In this document: positions 56,398 through 64,000 of the stretch, piece by piece
Position numbering within the stretch: the first letter of the stretch is position 1
Layout of the letters: every line of letters begins with the position of its first letter
DNA from: Chrysomallon squamiferum
Lineage: Eukaryota; Animalia; Mollusca
Assembly (NCBI GenBank): GCA_012295275.1
Contig: CM022679.1
Coordinates: forward strand, 7,378,001 to 7,442,000
Direction: 5' to 3'
DNA length: 64,000 nt
Made by a program: the position numbers and the translations under genes
The notes under the pieces: generated by a model
What the model saw: the letters and a program-made list of their open reading frames with translations, nothing else
Databases searched by the model: none
Told to the model about the DNA's origin: nothing

Positions 56398-59300
56398 GGT
56401 GTTTGTATTGTTGTTTTGTATTTATTCGCTGCCCATTTGATTAAAATGTAACTGAGAAAGGAATTACATTAACATCAAATAACCGCATGTGAATCATTAT
56501 AGGTTTCTCTCTCGAATGAACACATTGCCTCCATTTTTCCACTGACCTTATCCCGTAATTGGCATTCGTATACCATAAGGCAAACCATTTAAGTTTTATT
56601 TGAGAAGCAATCTCAGTCATTCCACATCATTCAGTATCCGAGCTATTGCTTCTTCCGAACTGGCAGGAATCGTTACGAGACCATTCAAGAGTAATTGAGA
56701 AACATTTTAAGTTAGCAAACTTAACGATTCGAAAACAAACCTGAGTTAAGACGTAATGACATACAGGCAATAGCCGTGGGTTACCTTGTTGGTTCCTTTG
56801 TTTGTTATTTTTGTTGTTTCAGTTGTTTTTGTGTTTTAGTTACTATTTCTGCCATTTGTTATTCGTATTGTTATTGTTGTTGCATTGTTATTGCAGTGGT
56901 TGTGGTTGTTTTATTTTTACTATCATTTCATTGCTGTTGATTTTTGAATTGGTATGATTGGGTTTCTTTGTTGTTGTTTGTTTGTGATTTTTAATGTTGT
57001 TCTTGTAGGATTTTATGGTTTTTGTTTGTTCTGTTGTTTTGGTTAGTTTTACTTATTTAAGAACGAAACAGTAAAGTAATGGAAATTATTCCCTGTATGA
57101 ACATCTGATCACACTCTACGCTTTGTCTTGCAAAGCTACGACCAGACATCAAGACGGCAAGATGAAAAAAAATATTATATAAAAGAATGGTAAATCGATT
57201 ACTGATTTTAGACGGCTGCTAACATCAACACACACACACATCATTCCTGGTATTGCATTTGTTAAGTGGACTGTACAGACTCGTTAAATTCGATCAAATT
57301 ACGAAAGCGCTGTCATAATATCCGCAGGCATCAAAACGAAATCTTAGTGACAAGAGTTGTTGTTGATTGTTGACACTGATTCTCATCACTGATCAGAATC
57401 AGCAGCGGAAAGAGGAAGCGTTTAGCTTGTTTTGCTTGAGGAGCTGTATCGGGTAATCTACGACTGATATCAAAATAATTATAATCACAACAGTCTGCAT
57501 CTTACAGTTATTCTAAAGATGTTAACTGATCAAAATAAACAGATTCCTATCAGTAATATTGGAATTATCAAAAGTGAAAAATAGCTGTGATTATTGTAAA
57601 TTGTATATTTGAATCATTCTAAAATATTGATTTATTTGGTAATACAATTTCATGTAAGTGAAGTCAAAATTATTTGCAGTAACAGGCAAAGTATAATCAC
57701 GAAAAGCTGAATCTGTGTAAAAAATATTAATTGTCCATGTAATGAAGATCTAAAATGTATAAAGTGCCGATAAAATAACAAAAGTGATAAAAATGACTGA
57801 CAACAATTTGAATGGTACAACAGAAGGCACACTAAGATCACATATAAAACATTACACTTATCAGAACAAAATAACTGCAGAACTAATATTGTAAACATGA
57901 CGATGATGGATAAACGTGAGACAATGCTACTGGTGCTAATTACGTTCTTGATCAAAATGACAATGATAAATCAAAATGAAATACAGTTATATTTCCTGCT
58001 GACTCTTGTTACGTGTGTGGTCTGATTTGGCATAGATCTCGTATTCAAGTAATCAGTAAAATTGGTTTAACCAGAGTTAACAATGATTACTGTTAGATTC
58101 TTGGTGTGTTGCATAACAAATTATAGTCATTATAAAGAAGGTGTATTTCAATGAATTTCTAATGTGAATAAAAGCAGCGCATCTCAGATATCATCGCTGA
58201 AGACAGGTGATCGTAAATGAACCTTTTTTGTTTTATATCTAAAATAAATCACCAAACAAGAACGAGTAAAATCAACGACAGTGAGTAAAATCTGCAGGTC
58301 TTAGTCTTAGAATCGAATCCACGTTCTTTATTTACACATACAAACGCCGATAACTAAATACGTACACTATGTACTTACGTATGCATATACATTATGTACT
58401 TGCATATGCATACACATAAGCACACACATACGCACATTTGCACATATATGTAAATACTGAAAAACAAATAATGCTGCAGAAGCAGATGAGCTAAAAACAG
58501 TTTTTTTTTTTTTTTAAATTAACGATTCCCTTTATGTTATAACATTGTTATGACAAACTGCATCGTTCAGCCTCATGCATAAAATGCATCAAGCGATAAC
58601 ATCAGTGCAACAGAAAATTAGCAGTTACAGAATTATCCATGCAAATGAGTCAAGCTGTTTTAACAGTAATATCCTGCTCTAATATTGTTATTATCATTTG
58701 ATCGTAGAACCACCATTAAAGAAGAAAGTGGCGATGCTGGTTAAAAACAATAATTTGGAAGAATATTAAATATGTTCCTTCCTGCTTCTCAGGATGCTTC
58801 TTCTTTTTCTTAAACTCCTCCTTATCCGTGTGTGCACCATCTTCTTTTATTTATTCTGATCTTTCTCCTTTTCTGTTCTTTTATTTTATTTTTATTTTTT
58901 GTCCTTTGCTTGGTTTTTCGTTTTTCAGCCGTATTCTCTTTTTTTCTCTCCTTCCATTTGCTCCTGAATAACCTATAAAAATTATATATTTATATATTCA
59001 TATATTTACATGCTACAATTATGTTTTATAATGAAGGTAGTTATAAAAATAAATATTTCTACAAATAAACTACTGTCTTGAAAAGATTTTTAAGAAAAGG
59101 TTTCAGTACATTCATAAATTAAATATGCAGGAATCTTGGTTAAAAAAAAAAAAAAGATATACTCAAAAGAGAGAACAGAATATTCCTTAAATACAAAAGT
59201 ATAGAGCTAAACGTAATTCTTCTTCACCAAAATTAATAAATTACCAAAATTAATAAAGTCGATATTCGTGAATACAGAACTGTTATAGTTGAAGCAAATC

Positions 59301-59544
59301 TGGAGAAAATAGAACTATAAAGTATCGACGGCTTGCAACAAGTGTCTGAGTATAAATAACACAAACTGACGACTTTATCATAAGACATAACCTCCCTTTT
59401 AGAGAATTAATGGGAATTTATTTTCAAGAATTTGACAGCTTCGACGAATAAACTGCTAAGAACAGGCAAACGATTTTAAAACGAACACTGGAAAATGGAT
59501 TGATATTAATTTTGTGTCCATGTATTATCTATCTGGTGAAAATG

Positions 59545-59583
<39 letters not shown>

Positions 59584-59739
59584 AAGAAATGAAGAATTCT
59601 CACAAATATTCCTCTGCTTGGTATCATTTTCCATTGAAAATAGAAAAAAGAAAGAACCGGTCATAATAATAATTTAAAAGAAAAAAAAAAAAGAACAGAA
59701 ACAAATCCAGAAATATAATATAAAAACATTCCCCCAAAA

Positions 59740-59794
<55 letters not shown>

Positions 59795-61700
59795 AAATAA
59801 ATAAATAAAATACCTTATTCACTCCCACCCAAAAAAGTAATTTAGAAAGAACACCACCAAAATTAAGAATGAAAATAAAATAAAATAAAATAAAATAAAA
59901 TAAAATAAAACCATAATATTTTAGTGTTAAAATCGTAATTTATAAGACGAATGTATTTAGACTATTTGATTACACAGTCAGACGTGCATTTTAAATAAAA
60001 ACATAAAATCACCGTGAACGCCATACCCTATAAAAAGTTATTTATTTATTTAGTATTCTTTTATTTTATTTTAATTTTAATATTATTTATTATCATTTTT
60101 TTTTTTTTAATGTTTATTTTTGTGTTTATTTTTTTGTCATTGTCGTTCTCTCTGTATTTATTTACTGTTGTTTTTATCCAATATCTTTCAATCTTCTTAC
60201 TTTCCCCACATTTTTTCGTCTCGTTGTCTTTCCTTTTTCTTTTTTTCTCGTTGTTATTCTTTTTTTTTCTGCGTCTCCCACCTCTTGTCTTTGTCACTTC
60301 CATGTCTCGATGTTGTGATGGCTCGCCAGAGCTCTAATCATTCCATTATCTGACAAAATGGAAATGGTAATGCGTGTATTACAGAACTAAACCAACTTAC
60401 ACCAGTTTATCCAGTGTGATAAACTGAATTAACTAAAAACAGAAGTAAGGTACAGAAGTTAAAGTAACTAGTTTTCCGACTACCTGATCTACGTCTTTTT
60501 TTTTTTTTTTCACATCGCTTAACCCACATTTGAGAAATAGTAATAACAATAATAACGAGACAGTGACGCAAAACATACTTACTGAAATCATACAAGGTCA
60601 TTTTTTTTTTTTTTTTTAAAGATCAGTGTTCGAAAATATCTCGTTATTTAATTCCACGCAGTTAAGCTTAATGCAATAATGTGCTGGCCGCGAAGTTGTT
60701 TTATTTCAAGATAATTACACTAACACTGACAATCTGTGGTTTTTGTTTATAACAACCGCATTCCTGCGTCAAAAATAACAGCCTGGAGCAAACGTATACA
60801 AGATTATCACTGATGAGAGACAGTTTCTCTCTCGTCCATCTTTGCTGACCGCCTGAGATGGAAGAACAATATTTAGTTAGCCAAGTCAGCAAACAGATTC
60901 CAAATTGAGAAGATCGGATAATAACTCTACGTAACTGCTATACAGGATATATAGGCTAATTATCATTAAGAAAAGAACTCAGGGAACAGGAATACGTGTT
61001 AGTTTATGTTATTACTTTTCCAAACTTTAGTTCTTTTCGACGCTATTGTAGCAGTTGAAATAGTTTCATTATTCTGACAAACAAATACAAAACACATTTT
61101 TTTTTTTTTTTTTGCTTTTTGTCAGAATTCTAGCTGTAATCGTGATATTTCTCTTAATCAATCATTTAAAATTTTAAAAAAAAAATTATCTTGAACATCA
61201 AAGACGGTAAATTGAATAACTCACATACCTTGGGCCTTTGATTCATATACGTTGCCCGGGTAAATACTGATATAATGATACGTCAGTATATTTTTATATC
61301 AGCAATTAATATTGAACAAATAGATATTTGCGCATAACGATGATAATTATCAGAGACGGATATCCGTTGACGTCATTCTGCTTATAACAATCTACTTATT
61401 AATCTACTTATATCGATTACAAGCTGGACATGTGTTTCTGTAGACAAGAAAACCCACACCCAGGTGTCTGTAATACACTAAACACGATGCACTGAGCAGG
61501 ACTGAGACTTTTAATCACTAATCAACGTAGTTTTTCCTTGCGCTGTCCGAGAAGAAAAGAAAAATCAAAGCAATTATTATTCTAGTCGTCGTATTATTGT
61601 TTGAAAATAACAGTTCATTAGAACATGTGCTAAGGTATTATTAAGTAAATATGATGTAGTCATTCATTCTCCAGCTACAGTTTGTTTTATTTCCTGTTGT

Positions 61701-61863
<163 letters not shown>

Positions 61864-63243
61864 AATTAAGGCACTGTATATTAATCGTATTTGTTTTGTT
61901 TTTTAAAATTATCGTTGTGCTAGTAAAAGTCGCTAGATAAAGGACCACAATTGTTTAGAGTAACCTTCTCTTTGTACATGTTTTAATCACGCTATTCTTT
62001 TTTCTTTTTTTTTTTTCGTTCCTTTGCTCTCCTTTCTTCTCTTTTCTATTCTTTATCTACATATATACTTCCCTATAACGATAATTAATGTCCCTTTACT
62101 TCATAACACCAAATTTATTTAATTTAATATTGACAAACATAGATTTAAAAAAAAAAAACCCGAAATAAAGTTAAGTTTTTTTTAGGGAGCATTGGTGGGA
62201 GTGTTTGCTGATATTTTACTTTTTCTTCATGCTCCATTTCTAGGACGCTTCATTCCTTCTTCACTTTCTTTATCTTTCATCTCTGCTTATCATTACGACA
62301 TTATTCTTTCTGAACCGTTATCTTAACTCATTACATACGTAAGTACACAACGGTGAATCTTAACCAAACTTACATAAGCGTCAGTCCAAAGAGTACCAGC
62401 GTTAGACAGAATTTTGTATCAGTTTAAAGTGTGAGTCTTTAATCACCAGGAGTCACATTAAAAGCTGTTTTCTAAGAAACTTTTTTGTTAAATATTGCTT
62501 AAATTACATAACTAGTGTGTAATAAATAGTTGAAATATTCGCGCACAGACGATTAATGGAAGTCTTAGAAGGAGAAACTCTTAATAAATCTCTCGCAATC
62601 TTCCGGGACGTCATCATTCACGAGATTAGGAACCGTGTAAATCACACCATTATCTCAAAACGAAATTCTAATGCTTCTTCTAACAAACGACAATAACGGC
62701 GAATTTCCATAGTTAAAAGGACGTATTCATGCATTTAATTGTATTTTCCTGTTACAATGGTGCCCATCGTTCAAAGTCATCTCCCTTTGAGCCGTCTTTA
62801 ATCGAGAAGACCTACATCAACACAAGACTTATGAACAAGACTTGAAGGCATATGGAAGTCTTTTTTGTGCGATTATTTATAAAGACATTGACCATTTAAG
62901 ATTTAATTTTGTTCAGAAACTGTTCGAAAATAATTAAAAGTCTGGACAAAAAATCTAATTACTAATTATTTTCGATTCAAAAACCTTTTCTTTTGTAATA
63001 TATGTTTATCAGAGTTTCAGAATTCTGAAGTTCATGCATCGATCCGGTTTTGAACAGCGAGACTTCTAACCTTCGCGTCTGAGATGAATCAGTTTGACAG
63101 ACTTTTAGGACTATTTGATCTTCAAATTTTATTTTCATTTTCATTAACGGTTTAATATTCAGATTTATTAACGAAGCCATAGTGCAAAAAAATATTCTTA
63201 TCTCTATTCTACAAAGACTTTCTTCTTGGCCAATATTGTTTTT

Positions 63244-63278
<35 letters not shown>

Positions 63279-63512
63279 TCTGTCGTTTTCTGACCTGAAA
63301 GGACAAAAAGTCGGGAATACTTATTTTTATAAAATATACTGAACATCACAGATGCGAAAGAAAACAAAGAAGGAAAAATAGCATGATAGCATTCATGTAA
63401 AAATAAAGAAAGAAAGAAAGAAAAGATGAATGATGAAAAAAAGAAGGAAAGAAAATATTAACATCGGTTCAGACACTGGAAAGATTTATTTTTAGAGTCA
63501 GATGATATAGAA

Positions 63513-63708
63513 ACAGATCATGTATGTAAAAGTTACGTTCAGTTACAGAACATGTGTTTAAAAGTTACGTTCAGTTACAGGACATGTGTGTAAAAGTTAC
63601 GTTCAGTTACAGATCATGTGTGTAAAAGTTACGTTCAGTTACAGAAGATGTGTGTAAAAGTTACATTCAGTTGCAGAAAGTGTGTAAAAGTTACGTTCAG
63701 TTTTAGAA
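63513..63708. repeat. 32-bp minisatellite, about 6 copies
   Basis: AAAAGTTACGTTCAGTTACAGAWCATGTGTGT repeated; AGTTACGT at 63531 and 63563. Confidence 0.92.
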
Positions 63709-63789
63709 CAGTGACTGCGGTGTTGTTTAACCTCATCAATTAACTTTAAGTAGCATCCGATAACACGGCGTGGTTTAAGTGCTTACGAC

Positions 63790-63918
63790 TCTTATGTCTG
63801 GTGTTTATCTATCGAGCTACGAGAATGGAAAGTGAAACAAGCAATATGAGTATTGATCTAACGATTCGATTCAGTGGCTGATTCGCTTTACTCCACACTG
63901 TGGCCTCCCCGCCTCCCG
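63790..63918 (-). mobile_element. Possible decayed SINE head
   Basis: GGAAAGTGAAACAAGCAAT...CGCTTTACTCCACACTG...CCCCGCCTCC loosely parallels the 55.2-55.4 kb relic. Confidence 0.3.
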
Positions 63919-64000
63919 ATTTTGATTTTCCCGGCTACAAACTGAATTCAAAACACAGCCGAGTTTATTTTATAGACGTTTGTTATTGCTGCTTTCCTCA

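Overview
AT-rich, microsatellite-dense animal genomic DNA with spliceosomal GT-AG introns. Decayed tRNA-derived SINEs recall gastropod families from memory, so a mollusc is my unverified guess. Only one protein-coding gene is well supported: a two-exon calcyphosin-like EF-hand gene (+, 3914..4274 and 6771..7015, 201 aa). The most unusual region is 14.7-24.7 kb. It holds a ~4-kb tandem duplication, interleaved inverted segments joined at microhomologies, a GC-rich mosaic 27-bp/95-bp minisatellite with a hairpin and a ~260-aa minus-strand ORF, and CpG-free tracts that may contain a retroelement esterase relic. The rest is non-coding: satellites (78, ~32 and ~55 bp units), SINE/MITE relics, CpG-rich enhancer-like patches and a probable promoter/non-coding first exon near 43.1-43.6 kb. 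Most ORFs in the track are microsatellite artefacts. I cannot demonstrate a new biological system from the sequence alone; the 14.7-24.7 kb block is the best candidate for follow-up.
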